DNA of 64,000 nucleotides from a phage: NCBI GenBank assembly GCA_023732985.1, contig GCA_023732985.1_3946.1; one strand, 5' to 3'. Shown piece by piece: positions 51,432 to 64,000 of this stretch (position 1 is its first letter; each line of letters starts with the position of its first letter). The notes under the pieces were generated by a model. It saw only the letters and a program-made list of their open reading frames with translations, ran no database searches and was not told where the DNA came from. The position numbers and the translations under genes were made by a program.

Positions 51432-52898
51432 ATGGCAGATATTACAGAAACACAAGAAAGCTTACCACCATTTAGAATGGGTGAAGTAGGTTCTTTGGGT
51501 CTGAAGGTTAAGAATGGAAGAATCTATGAAGAACCTCGTCAGGCACTAAGGTTCCCTGAAAGTATTAAAACTTTCCAATTAATGATGCGTGACCCTGCTG
51601 TAGCAGCATCTGTAAATATTATTAAGATGTTTGTCAGAAAAGTCAACTGGAGATTCGTACCTCCAAAGGGGAAAGAGCAAGACCCTAAAATGCTTGAAAG
51701 AGCAGACTTCTTTAATTCTTTAATGGATGACATGGAGCATGATTGGGCAGATTTTATTAACTCTGTAATGTCATTCTGCACTTATGGGTTCTGTGTTAAC
51801 GAAAAGGTTTATAAGAAACGTCAGGGTAAAAAAGGAAAGTACCAGTCAAAATTTGATGACGGTCTAATTGGGTGGGCTAAATTACCAATCAGAAACCAGT
51901 CAACACTTGATAAGTGGTATTTTGACGAAGACTTTAGAAAAGTTACTGGTGTTAGACAGAATCTGAGAAATGTTTCACATATTGCTGGAGCAATCAATCT
52001 CGGAGAAAGACCACTAACAAGAAAACTTCCACGAGCTAAATTCATGCTGTTTAAGTATGACGATGAATATGGAAATCCAGAAGGTCGTTCACCATTACTT
52101 AACGCTTATGTACCGTGGAAATATAAAGTACAGATTGAAGAGTATGAAGCTGTTGGTGTTTCAAGAGACTTAGTAGGTATGCCAAAGATTGGTTTACCAC
52201 CAGACTATCTGGATGAAAATGCAGAGCCTGAAAAGAAAGCTTTCGTACAATACTGCAAAACTGTTGTTAACGATATGATTGCTAATGACAGAGCAGGTTT
52301 AATCTGGCCTAGATATATCGACCCAGAAACTAAAGAGGATATCTTTGAGTTCTCATTAGTTTCTAGACAGGGTGCTAAAGCATACGATACAGGTTCTATC
52401 ATTGACAGATATTCCAAGCAAATTATGATGGCATTTATGTCAGATGTTCTTGCTATGGGTCAGTCAAAATATGGTTCATTCTCTCTTGCAGATTCTAAGA
52501 CAAGCCTATTAGCAATGTCAGTAGATATTCTGCTGAAGCAAATTAAGAACGTAATTAACCGTGATTTAGTTGCACAGACTTATGCTCTTAATATGTGGGA
52601 TGATGAAGAACATGTACAAATCACATACGATGATATCGAAACTCCAGACCTTGAAGCAATTGGTTCTTATATTCAGAAGACTGTTGCAGTAGGTGCTTTG
52701 GAAGTTGACAAAGAGCTATCTAACAAACTTAGAGAGCATATTGGTCTTCCTCCTGCTGATGAGTCTCAGCCAGTATCTGAAAAGCTTTCTCCAAATAGCC
52801 AAAGCCGTTCAGGAGATGGTTATAAGACCGCTGGAGAAGGTACTGCAAAGACACCTTCAGCGAAAGACCCAAGCACAGCAAATAAGGCAAATAAATAA
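51432..52898 (+). CDS. portal protein
   Basis: about 490 aa gene immediately after the large terminase and before the prohead protease; called from gene order. Confidence 0.65.
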   Translation: MADITETQESLPPFRMGEVGSLGLKVKNGRIYEEPRQALRFPESIKTFQLMMRDPAVAASVNIIKMFVRKVNWRFVPPKGKEQDPKMLERADFFNSLMDDMEHDWADFINSVMSFCTYGFCVNEKVYKKRQGKKGKYQSKFDDGLIGWAKLPIRNQSTLDKWYFDEDFRKVTGVRQNLRNVSHIAGAINLGERPLTRKLPRAKFMLFKYDDEYGNPEGRSPLLNAYVPWKYKVQIEEYEAVGVSRDLVGMPKIGLPPDYLDENAEPEKKAFVQYCKTVVNDMIANDRAGLIWPRYIDPETKEDIFEFSLVSRQGAKAYDTGSIIDRYSKQIMMAFMSDVLAMGQSKYGSFSLADSKTSLLAMSVDILLKQIKNVINRDLVAQTYALNMWDDEEHVQITYDDIETPDLEAIGSYIQKTVAVGALEVDKELSNKLREHIGLPPADESQPVSEKLSPNSQSRSGDGYKTAGEGTAKTPSAKDPSTANKANK

Positions 52899-53398
52899 TG
52901 GCTGAAGTTATCTCTATTTCAAATGCTACACGAGTGCATTCGTATAGAGGTGTTCTTATTATCACTGACAAATTATCTGTAGAGGTTGGCTCAAGGGTCA
53001 GCCTTTCAGGTTATGTAAGTGATGGTGAAACCTCTGACGTTTTCACTATTTGCAGGTTACTTGATGCTCCAATGAGTGGGAAACCGTTTATTTCAGGGAA
53101 TTGTAGTGAAATTGTTAAAATTCCATTTGACAGTTCATGCCTTTTGGGTGTAAAGTTATATAACTGCGAGAATAAACGTATCAATGTTAATAGCATTGAA
53201 GCCGCTTTCATTACCCTCGACACTGCATTTCAATCTCCAATGACAGTTAATAAAGAAACAAACAGACTTGAATACATTTTTTCACAAAATGATTACAAAG
53301 TACTTGTCAAAGGTAAAGTATATGATATGATTGTAAATGTGGTAGATGAATCTGGTAACCATTCAACAGTCCTTAAACAAAAAGTAAGGTTTAATTAA
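52898..53398 (+). CDS. hypothetical head-module protein
   Basis: ATGA-coupled to the portal gene. Confidence 0.5.
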   Translation: MAEVISISNATRVHSYRGVLIITDKLSVEVGSRVSLSGYVSDGETSDVFTICRLLDAPMSGKPFISGNCSEIVKIPFDSSCLLGVKLYNCENKRINVNSIEAAFITLDTAFQSPMTVNKETNRLEYIFSQNDYKVLVKGKVYDMIVNVVDESGNHSTVLKQKVRFN

Positions 53399-53730
53399 TG
53401 GGAACATTAACTATTGATGGTAAGAATAAAATCCTCGCCACGCTAACCCCAACGACTATTATTTTACACAATGTAGACCCAACGGCAGACCCTACAGCAA
53501 ATAAGGTTACTCAGCCAGTGGCTATTTATTTTTCTGAACCGGATAACGGCTTAATTGCCTCAGAAGACACAGTTAATATTACTGTTCCAGCTTCTGCAAC
53601 GGTCTCACACTATAGCTTGTGGGATGCTAACGATAAATGCGTGGCAACTGGTGCTCTTAGCAAACCTCAATTCTTTGCTGAAGAAGGTATTTATGTTATC
53701 TCTTCAGTCTCTGTAGATTTAAACAAATAG
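53398..53730 (+). CDS. hypothetical head-module protein
   Basis: coupled to the upstream ORF. Confidence 0.5.
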   Translation: MGTLTIDGKNKILATLTPTTIILHNVDPTADPTANKVTQPVAIYFSEPDNGLIASEDTVNITVPASATVSHYSLWDANDKCVATGALSKPQFFAEEGIYVISSVSVDLNK

Positions 53731-53741
53731 GGTGAGTAAAA

Positions 53742-55088
53742 ATGAGTTCGAATATCTTCAGACTTGCTGATAGATTATTCAACCAACCTTTACTAGCCAC
53801 TGAATCATTAGCTCACTCAGCAGCAACTTATGTGAATAACAGATTGCTGGGTGATGTCCAAGCAGCAGTAAACTTTGATAAACCCAAAGGTGAAGCAAGA
53901 AGTCTTTTAAAAGTAAAAGATGATATTGCTATTATTCCTATTATGGGTGGCTTAACCCATCGTATGACATTCATTGATGCAATGTGTACAGGTGGTTTAA
54001 GCTCTTATGAAGGTTTACGCAGAGGCTTTGACGAAGCTTTAGCAGATGAGTCAATTAAGACTATTGTTCTGCACATCGATTCTGGTGGTGGTGAAGCTTC
54101 AGGTTGCTTTGAATTAGCACGTCACATTATGGCTTCAAGAGGCCAAAAGAAAATTATTGCTTATGTAGATGAGTTCGCTTGTTCCGCTGCATATGCTCTT
54201 GCATCTTCTGCTGAAGAAATTATTGCATCACCAGATGCAGATGTTGGTTCTATCGGTGTAATCATGGTTCATCAGGAATTAACTAAGGCATTTGAAAAGA
54301 ATGGCGTAACAATTAACGTCATCAAAGCTGGTGAGTTTAAAGGTATGGGTTCACCATTCCAAGCACTTTCAGAAGAAAGCAAAGAAAGACTTCAAAAGAG
54401 AATCAATGATACCTACGCAACCTTTACAGGTTTTGTAGCTGAATCACGTAATATCTCTGAAGAAGCTGTAAAGAATACTGAGGCGAATGTTTATTCTGCT
54501 CAGGAAGCTCTTGAACTTGGTTTAATTAACTCAATCATGTCTCAAGATGATTTCTTAAATTACTTACAAGGTTCTGAAGAGGCTCCTGTAAGTTTAAACG
54601 TTAACAATTCAGGTGAAGAAATGACTGAACAAGAAAAGCAAGAACTAGAAGCTTTGCGTCTTCAGGTTGCTCAAATGAAAGCTAAAGAACAGGAAGCTGC
54701 TTTGTCAGATTTGACTAATAAGATTTCTGCTTCTGCTGAAGCTTTTGGATTTGATGCAAAAGAAGCTGCAACGACTATTTTAGGTGCTGGTCTTGATAAC
54801 CCTCTGAGTGTTCTGTTTATGAATGCTATGGAAGGTGCTAACCAGAAACTTAATGAAACTATCGCGTCCCATGCTTCTGCAATGGAAGAAAAAGAATCAG
54901 AAATTACCAAGCTGAAAGAAACTGCTGGTGCTGTTCTTGAACATTCCAACGCTATGGAAGAAGTGGGTAATGACGGCGAAGCTGATTTAGTTGAAGAAGA
55001 AAAAGAACCAGCTAAGAATGCTTCCGAAGACACCGCTGAACAACGCAAACTGGCTCTCCAGAATGCTCTAAAATCTCTTATCAAATAA
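53742..55088 (+). CDS. prohead protease (S49/ClpP-fold) with C-terminal scaffold-like region
   Basis: IVLHIDSGGGEASG and ACSAAYALAS resemble the S49 (SppA / lambda C) serine-protease motifs; C-terminal third is acidic and helical. Confidence 0.7.
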   Translation: MSSNIFRLADRLFNQPLLATESLAHSAATYVNNRLLGDVQAAVNFDKPKGEARSLLKVKDDIAIIPIMGGLTHRMTFIDAMCTGGLSSYEGLRRGFDEALADESIKTIVLHIDSGGGEASGCFELARHIMASRGQKKIIAYVDEFACSAAYALASSAEEIIASPDADVGSIGVIMVHQELTKAFEKNGVTINVIKAGEFKGMGSPFQALSEESKERLQKRINDTYATFTGFVAESRNISEEAVKNTEANVYSAQEALELGLINSIMSQDDFLNYLQGSEEAPVSLNVNNSGEEMTEQEKQELEALRLQVAQMKAKEQEAALSDLTNKISASAEAFGFDAKEAATTILGAGLDNPLSVLFMNAMEGANQKLNETIASHASAMEEKESEITKLKETAGAVLEHSNAMEEVGNDGEADLVEEEKEPAKNASEDTAEQRKLALQNALKSLIK

Positions 55089-55099
55089 GGAACACAATA

Positions 55100-55477
55100 A
55101 TGGCATATCAAGGTTTTACTAAGTTAGGTAAAAGAGAACCTCTGAATGATATCATTCTTTGGGAACAGGTTACCCCAACAGGCCACTCTCGTAAAGAGTA
55201 CACCCCACAGGCATCTACAGAATATCGTGTAGGTGAAGTTCTGAAAGCAGATGGTACTAAAGTTGCAGCAGGGGAAGAAGCTCAGGCTGATTCTGTATGT
55301 ATCGTTAACTTTTATGCAGACCTGCAACTGTCTTACCACGGTCAGTTGAAAGTTGTTGGTATTTACCGTGACGCAGAACTGAAAGACATGCTGACTCTTG
55401 AGTCTGGTGTTAATGCCGAGAGCGTCAAGACAGCTCTGGCTGCTAAAGGTATTGATTTCGTACCAACTGGCCTGTAA
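55100..55477 (+). CDS. head decoration protein (lambda gpD-like position)
   Basis: 125 aa ORF between protease and major capsid gene; called from gene order. Confidence 0.45.
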   Translation: MAYQGFTKLGKREPLNDIILWEQVTPTGHSRKEYTPQASTEYRVGEVLKADGTKVAAGEEAQADSVCIVNFYADLQLSYHGQLKVVGIYRDAELKDMLTLESGVNAESVKTALAAKGIDFVPTGL

Positions 55478-55510
55478 TAACAATAATAAGACATTCTGGA
55501 GAATTTTACA

Positions 55511-56617
55511 ATGTTGACTAATTCTGAAAAAAGCAGATTTTTCCTTGCTGACCTGACTGGTGAAGTCCAGTCTATCCCAAATACTTATGGGTATATTTCC
55601 AACTTAGGTCTGTTCCGTTCAGCACCAATCACCCAAACTACTTTCCTTATGGACTTGACTGATTGGGATGTTAGCTTGCTTGATGCGGTAGACCGTGATA
55701 GCCGTAAAGCAGAGACTAGCGCACCTGAGCGTGTTCGTCAAATCAGCTTCCCAATGATGTACTTCAAAGAAGTTGAAAGCATTACTCCTGATGAAATTCA
55801 GGGTGTACGTCAGCCAGGCACTGCAAACGAACTGACTACTGAAGCTGTAGTACGTGCTAAGAAGCTGATGAAGATTCGTACCAAGTTCGATATTACTCGT
55901 GAGTTCCTGTTTATGCAAGCTCTGAAGGGTAAAGTTGTTGATGCTCGTGGTACTCTGTATGCTGACCTGTACAAGCAGTTCGACGTTGAGAAGAAGACTG
56001 TTTACTTCGACCTTGACAACCCTAATGCTGACATCGACGCTTCTATTGAAGAACTGCGTATGCACATGGAAGACGAAGCTAAGACTGGCACTGTAATCAA
56101 CGGTGAAGAAATTCACGTAGTTGTTGACCGTGTATTCTTCAGCAAGCTGACTAAACACCCTAAGATTCGTGATGCCTATCTTGCACAGCAGACCCCACTG
56201 GCTTGGCAACAGATTACTGGTTCTCTGAGAACTGGTGGTACTGACGGCGTTCAGGCTCACATGAACACTTTCTACTACGGTGGTGTTAAGTTTGTCCAGT
56301 ACAACGGTAAGTTCAAAGACAAGCGTGGTAAGGTTCATACTCTGGTGAGCATTGATGGTGCTGGTGCAGAGGTTGGTGTAGGACACGCTTTCCCTAACGT
56401 TTCTATGCTGGGTGAAGCAAACAACATCTTCGAAGTGGCTTATGGCCCATGCCCTAAGATGGGTTACGCAAATACACTTGGTCAGGAACTGTATGTATTC
56501 GAATACGAAAAAGACCGTGATGAAGGTATTGACTTCGAAGCTCACTCTTACATGCTGCCATACTGTACTCGTCCTCAGTTGCTGGTAGACGTTCGTTCTG
56601 ACGCTAAAGACGAATAA
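55511..56617 (+). CDS. major capsid protein
   Basis: 368 aa ORF in the lambda gpE-like position after protease and decoration genes. Confidence 0.7.
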   Translation: MLTNSEKSRFFLADLTGEVQSIPNTYGYISNLGLFRSAPITQTTFLMDLTDWDVSLLDAVDRDSRKAETSAPERVRQISFPMMYFKEVESITPDEIQGVRQPGTANELTTEAVVRAKKLMKIRTKFDITREFLFMQALKGKVVDARGTLYADLYKQFDVEKKTVYFDLDNPNADIDASIEELRMHMEDEAKTGTVINGEEIHVVVDRVFFSKLTKHPKIRDAYLAQQTPLAWQQITGSLRTGGTDGVQAHMNTFYYGGVKFVQYNGKFKDKRGKVHTLVSIDGAGAEVGVGHAFPNVSMLGEANNIFEVAYGPCPKMGYANTLGQELYVFEYEKDRDEGIDFEAHSYMLPYCTRPQLLVDVRSDAKDE

Positions 56618-56638
56618 TATTCTTAAGGAGGGTTATGA

Positions 56639-57088
56639 ATGTGTTATACAGGCGACCCAGCCAATAACCCTCTTGATAGAGTAAGAATCCTCTGCACAGA
56701 CACCAATAATGATGAAATTCTTATTGAACAGTCTGTGCTAGAGTGGTTCTATCTAGAATCTGGAAAGGATGAAAAGAAAGCAGCCATCAAAGCTCTTAAA
56801 TATTTACTCTTTCAAGTAGCCAAGATGGGAGATGAGAAGGTTGGTGGTGTTTATTTACGTAACTCTTCCAGATTCAAATCTCTGAAAGCTGTTTATGATG
56901 ACCTTGTTAAAAGCTCTGTTTCAGGACTACCCTATGCAGGTGGTATTAACCAGTGCGATATTGATATGCGTCGTCAGAATCCTTGCTCTGTCAAGAAATA
57001 CACAGAATATGGTGATGCTGCCAGATACGAAGGCAGAGATTACTGCAACCGTGTTAATGGCGTATTTATTATCGAGCGAGATGAATAA
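56639..57088 (+). CDS. putative head completion / connector protein
   Basis: position between capsid and tail genes. Confidence 0.45.
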   Translation: MCYTGDPANNPLDRVRILCTDTNNDEILIEQSVLEWFYLESGKDEKKAAIKALKYLLFQVAKMGDEKVGGVYLRNSSRFKSLKAVYDDLVKSSVSGLPYAGGINQCDIDMRRQNPCSVKKYTEYGDAARYEGRDYCNRVNGVFIIERDE

Positions 57089-57570
57089 TGGTTAAAAGGG
57101 TTATTCACCCCGCTAGAGCAAAATTAGTCGGGGCTATGAAGAACTTGCAAACGGCTAATGCTCAAGTTGGGTATTTTCAAGAACAAGGTCAACATAGCTC
57201 TGGTTTTTCTTATCCTGCTTTAATGTATTTGCAAGAAGTTATTGGGGTTCCCTCAGCTTCTGGTAAAGTATATCGTAGGTTGTTTGAAATCACTATGATG
57301 CTAAACAGACAGACCTTGTTAGAGCAGACTAAGAAGAATCTATATAAGCAACTTAGCAGTCTCAACACAGACCCTTCAAATACCCTAGAAGCATTTGCAA
57401 AGAATGCTCAAAAGGCAATTAAAAGAGGTTTTGGTAATTCTGCTATCCTCCCTCCTAACGCACCTTCCACAGTCAAGAAAAAAGGCTTTAATGCACCTCT
57501 TGTTGAGACAGGTGACTTAAGGGATAACCTTGCTTATAAAATTTCTACTAAGAAGGGTATTAAAAAATGA
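57088..57570 (+). CDS. putative head-tail joining protein
   Basis: ATGA-coupled; position. Confidence 0.45.
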   Translation: MVKRVIHPARAKLVGAMKNLQTANAQVGYFQEQGQHSSGFSYPALMYLQEVIGVPSASGKVYRRLFEITMMLNRQTLLEQTKKNLYKQLSSLNTDPSNTLEAFAKNAQKAIKRGFGNSAILPPNAPSTVKKKGFNAPLVETGDLRDNLAYKISTKKGIKK

Positions 57571-57968
57571 GACTCTTAAACAGACACAGCTTTGTAGTAA
57601 AGCGCAAAGCCTCTGAAGATGGTTATTACAATGATGATGGTGATTGGGTAGCTTCACAAGATATTGTAGAGGTTAACTGTAAAGGTAATATCCAGCCATA
57701 TATCAAAGGTTCTGTAAAGAACGGTACACAGATTGCTTTACCGGAAGGTATCAGGCTTACCGATACAAGAATCCTGTATACTACATATAAACTTAGAACT
57801 TCAGATGATGTAGAGTGGAATGAGTCTGACATTGTTATGATTGATGGTCATGAGTATGAAGTATTTATGACTATGGATTGGTCACAGCAATTAGCCCATA
57901 CGTCCCATTATGAATATATCATTATTAGAAGGGATAAAATGAATGCAGTTAGAAACAGCAGAACTTGA
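57567..57968 (+). CDS. putative tail completion protein
   Basis: coupled ORF; position. Confidence 0.45.
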   Translation: MRLLNRHSFVVKRKASEDGYYNDDGDWVASQDIVEVNCKGNIQPYIKGSVKNGTQIALPEGIRLTDTRILYTTYKLRTSDDVEWNESDIVMIDGHEYEVFMTMDWSQQLAHTSHYEYIIIRRDKMNAVRNSRT

Positions 57969-58542
57969 AAAAGGTCTAGTTAGAACCTTAGTGGATGTTA
58001 TTGGTCACAGACTAGCTCGTGATAAAAATAATAGACCAAATGTAATTAGAGCTTACCCTTCTGATAACTCAAATGACAAAGGTTTAAAACCTGACCAGCC
58101 ATTTATTACCGTATATTGTCAAGATGCTGCAACACCTTATGGTTGGGTTCTTGATAAGTTTGTTGAGGATGATGTAGTTTGCTACAGAATTGCTTTTCAG
58201 ATTCCAGTATTAATTACGGTAAATGGTAAAGGTGCTCACAGTATTATGCTTGAGCTTAAACAACGATTAGAGATGAGTTCAGTCAGAGATTTAATTCTTG
58301 AAGAGACAGGAGCTACAGTTTTAGACACTGGAGCTATCCCGAATGACTATACCTATCTCAATACAGATTTCGAAAATTCTGCACCTCTTGTTGTAACTCT
58401 TGTAAAAAATTCAGTCCTGAAAGATGAACGTGGGGGAATTATTGAACGTGTCATTGTTGATGGTGAATTAGTTTACGAAGAAGGACAAGAGCCACCAGAA
58501 TATACTATCCATCTAGATGTAGACTCCAAAGGGGTAAAATAA
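57943..58542 (+). CDS. hypothetical structural protein
   Basis: coupled ORF; position. Confidence 0.45.
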   Translation: MQLETAELEKGLVRTLVDVIGHRLARDKNNRPNVIRAYPSDNSNDKGLKPDQPFITVYCQDAATPYGWVLDKFVEDDVVCYRIAFQIPVLITVNGKGAHSIMLELKQRLEMSSVRDLILEETGATVLDTGAIPNDYTYLNTDFENSAPLVVTLVKNSVLKDERGGIIERVIVDGELVYEEGQEPPEYTIHLDVDSKGVK

Positions 58543-59895
58543 ATGTGGAATCCAATTGTTAATGTAGATATTACATTGAACACCGCAGGAACTACAAGAG
58601 AAGGTTTTGGGCTACCACTATTTTTAGCTTCAACAGATAACTTTGAAGAAAGAGTCCGTGGTTACACTTCCTTAACTGAAGTTGCTGAAGATTTCGATGA
58701 AAACTCTGCTGCATATAAGGCTGCTAAACAACTTTGGAGTCAGACTCCTAAAGTAACTCAGCTTTATATTGGTAGACGTGCTATGCAGTACACTGTATCA
58801 ATTCCTGATGAGGTTACTGAGAGCACCGACTATTCTTTAACTGTAGCTGTGAGCGGTGGAGTTTCTCAGCCATTCCAGTACACTTCACAGTCAGAAGATA
58901 CTGCTGAGAAGGTGCTACAGCAGCTTAAAACTCAGATTGAAGCAGAGCCTTCTGTAAAAGACCTTGTTACCGTCAATGTAACTGGTGCTGGTGGTTCAGC
59001 AACAATGGTAATCACCAAAGCGGGTGACAATGACTTCGTGAAGGTTACCACTACAGCACAAACAGTGTCAATTGCAAGTACAACTGCTGACACAGCATCG
59101 ACTGCTCTGGCAGCTATTGAGGCTTATTCAACTGACTGGTATTTCATTGCAGCAGAAGATAGAACTCAACAGTTTGTCTTAGCAATGGCTTCTGAGATTC
59201 AAGCTCGTAAGAAGATTTTCTTTACAGCTAACTCTGATGTAACAGCCCTACAAGGTACAGAATTATCCAGTGCAAATGATGTTCCAGCACAACTTGCTAA
59301 GAATAAGTACACTCGTACAGTTTGCTTGTGGCATCACACAGCAGCAGAAGATTATCCAGAAATGGCATACATTGCTTATGGTGCTCCTTATGATGCAGGT
59401 TCAATTGCTTGGGGTAACGCACAGTTAACTGGTGTAGCTGCTTCTCTACAGCCATCTAATCAGAGACCTCTGACAAGTATTCAGAAGTCAGCTTTAGATG
59501 CACGTCACTGTAACTTTATTGACCTTGATGGTGGTGTTCCAGTGGTTCGTAGAGGGATTACTTCTGGTGGGGAATGGATTGATATCATCCGTGGTGTTGA
59601 CTGGTTAGAATCAGACCTGAAAACTTCTCTGAGAGACTTGCTAATTAACCAGAAGGGTGGTAAGATTACTTATGATGATACTGGTATTACCCGTATTCGT
59701 CAAGTCATTGAAACCTCTCTGCAAAGAGCAGTCAACAGAAACTTCCTGTCATCTTACACAGTTAATGTTCCTAAAGCCTCTCAAGTTGCTTTGGCAGACA
59801 AGAAAGCTCGTATCCTGAAAGACGTTACCTTCTCAGGTATCTTAGCAGGGGCTATCTTGGATGTTGACTTGAAAGGTACAGTGGCTTACGAATAA
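58543..59895 (+). CDS. putative tail sheath protein
   Basis: 450 aa ORF followed by a ~150 aa ORF, two chaperone ORFs and the tape measure, as in the P2/Mu contractile-tail gene order; inferred from synteny only. Confidence 0.5.
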   Translation: MWNPIVNVDITLNTAGTTREGFGLPLFLASTDNFEERVRGYTSLTEVAEDFDENSAAYKAAKQLWSQTPKVTQLYIGRRAMQYTVSIPDEVTESTDYSLTVAVSGGVSQPFQYTSQSEDTAEKVLQQLKTQIEAEPSVKDLVTVNVTGAGGSATMVITKAGDNDFVKVTTTAQTVSIASTTADTASTALAAIEAYSTDWYFIAAEDRTQQFVLAMASEIQARKKIFFTANSDVTALQGTELSSANDVPAQLAKNKYTRTVCLWHHTAAEDYPEMAYIAYGAPYDAGSIAWGNAQLTGVAASLQPSNQRPLTSIQKSALDARHCNFIDLDGGVPVVRRGITSGGEWIDIIRGVDWLESDLKTSLRDLLINQKGGKITYDDTGITRIRQVIETSLQRAVNRNFLSSYTVNVPKASQVALADKKARILKDVTFSGILAGAILDVDLKGTVAYE

Positions 59896-59910
59896 TAGAG
59901 GTAAATTGGA

Positions 59911-60357
59911 ATGGCTATGTATCAGCAATATTCCCCTAAAGACGTTGTGTGTAGCTGGAATGGTATTGCCATTGAAGGCTTTGCCCCAGACTCATTCTTA
60001 CGTCTACAGAGAACATCACCACTTGTGACACCAGTTGTAGGTGCAGGTGGTCAAGTTGCTCTGACAAGAAATGCAGACAAGACAGGTACTATTGAGATTG
60101 AGCTAATGCAGACTTCTCTCTCTAACCAGATGCTTTCTGCAATTCAAGCTAAACAAGACAACATGGAACTTGAAGAAGATATCTCTTCTAACTTCGTAAT
60201 CTACGACCCATCAGGCTCTGTTCTGGCAACTGGTATTAATGCTTGGTTGCAGGAATTACCACAGATTGAACTTGGTCGTGACCAGAACTCTAAGACTTGG
60301 ATTTTTGGTTGTGAGAAGCTAGACTACACTTCTACAATTCCAGCGTCAAGTGTTTAA
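59911..60357 (+). CDS. putative tail tube protein
   Basis: 148 aa ORF after the sheath-sized gene; followed by a strong terminator. Confidence 0.5.
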   Translation: MAMYQQYSPKDVVCSWNGIAIEGFAPDSFLRLQRTSPLVTPVVGAGGQVALTRNADKTGTIEIELMQTSLSNQMLSAIQAKQDNMELEEDISSNFVIYDPSGSVLATGINAWLQELPQIELGRDQNSKTWIFGCEKLDYTSTIPASSV

Positions 60358-60368
60358 TAAATCCTATA

Positions 60369-60402
60369 AGGGGGAGACTTTAAAAGGTCTTCCCCTTTTT
60401 TG
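60369..60402 (+). terminator. intrinsic terminator
   Basis: GGGGGAGAC ... GTCTTCCCC then TTTTTT. Confidence 0.6.
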
Positions 60403-60429
60403 TTTCTTTTAAAGTATTAAGGAATCACA

Positions 60430-60828
60430 ATGAAAACAGAATTTAGAGTAATTAATGGTAAGAAAGTAAATATCGTTCTGCTTGGGGCAAGAGATGGTAT
60501 TAAGATGTCTATGAAGTTGGGTAAAATTGTTGTTCCAACCTTTGCACAGATGCTGTCAAGTCTGACTGATAAAGACAAGAAAGAAGCTCCAATGGTTCCA
60601 TTTAAAGAACTTGTTGAAGCTTGTTTTGACAGAATTGAAGAAATTAACCTTGAAGAAATGGCTACCTTACTATTTCAAGGGGCGACTGTTGATGACTTCC
60701 CACTAAATATTGATACCTATTTCCAAGCAAACTACGGTGAATTTATTGACTACTTAGCATTTGCGCTGGAGGCAAACTTCGGAAGTTTTTTCGAAGCAAG
60801 CATTTTCAAAAGCCTAACTTCTCAGTAA
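60430..60828 (+). CDS. tail assembly chaperone
   Basis: 132 aa ORF before the tape measure; contains slippery heptamer TTTTTTC at 60786-60792. Confidence 0.55.
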   Translation: MKTEFRVINGKKVNIVLLGARDGIKMSMKLGKIVVPTFAQMLSSLTDKDKKEAPMVPFKELVEACFDRIEEINLEEMATLLFQGATVDDFPLNIDTYFQANYGEFIDYLAFALEANFGSFFEASIFKSLTSQ

Positions 60829-60830
60829 AC

Positions 60831-61069
60831 ATGGGTAACACTCTACAGACACCACTAACTGATGCTGCTGTAGAGGCAACCTATGAAGAAGCAGACGAGA
60901 TGAAATTTGTGCTTGCTATTTATGGTATGGAAGGGTGTAAAGAAACACTTGACCAACTCTTTGCTATGACATTCTCTGATTTATTATCATTGAGACAATT
61001 TCTTGAGATTCAGAGGTCGTATAAAGAGGAAATTGCTTACAACGAACTTAGAAGAGCAGGAAAAATGTA

Positions 61070-61070
<1 letters not shown>
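60831..61070 (+). CDS. -1 frame ORF; putative frameshift extension of the tail assembly chaperone
   Basis: lies in the -1 frame relative to 60430..60828; that frame is open from the slippery site to 61070. Confidence 0.45.

Positions 61071-64000
<2,930 letters not shown>

Noticed and set aside
55619-56545. 308 aa minus-strand ORF
   Set aside because: Fully antisense to the major capsid gene within an otherwise plus-strand structural operon; typical shadow ORF. The same reasoning applies to the other antisense ORFs inside nrdA, nrdD, the NAMPT-like gene, terminase, portal and tape measure.

Overview
This window reads as a dense, AT-rich segment of a large tailed dsDNA phage genome, probably a myovirus (lambda-like head module followed by sheath, tube, frameshift chaperones, tape measure). 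A Felix-O1-like relationship is a guess only. All calls are by hand from the sequence and the ORF track; no database search or folding program was run, so product names rest on recognised motifs and gene order, and tRNA boundaries are +/-3 nt. Layout: (1) 1-25.7 kb, plus-strand replication and nucleotide-metabolism block: FEN-like 5'-3' exonuclease, class I RNR NrdA/NrdB with glutaredoxin, anaerobic RNR NrdD/NrdG, a Prs-like plus NAMPT-like NAD+ salvage pair, rIIA/rIIB-like proteins, a secreted lytic transglycosylase, an overlapping spanin pair, a macro-domain-like protein, HNH and GIY-YIG-like nucleases. (2) 25.7-32.6 kb: a regulatory region followed by about 16 small ORFs, most preceded by one of two conserved leader modules (hairpin plus a near-identical translation initiation region). 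(3) 32.7-34.3 kb: a 1.6 kb ORF-free region packed with short direct repeats, lying between convergent gene blocks. (4) 34.3-41.7 kb, minus strand: small unknown genes, a T4-type lysozyme and an Ig-like repeat protein. (5) 41.9-49.4 kb: a vWA/MIDAS protein followed by about 27 tRNA genes whose spacers carry a repeated hairpin family, one copy containing a circularly permuted tRNA-like module; an HNH nuclease sits inside the cluster. (6) 49.6-64 kb: terminase large subunit, portal, S49-type prohead protease, decoration-like protein, major capsid, tail genes. The most interesting candidates are the repeat-dense ORF-free region, the leader-module ORF array, and the permuted tRNA-like element near the vWA protein.
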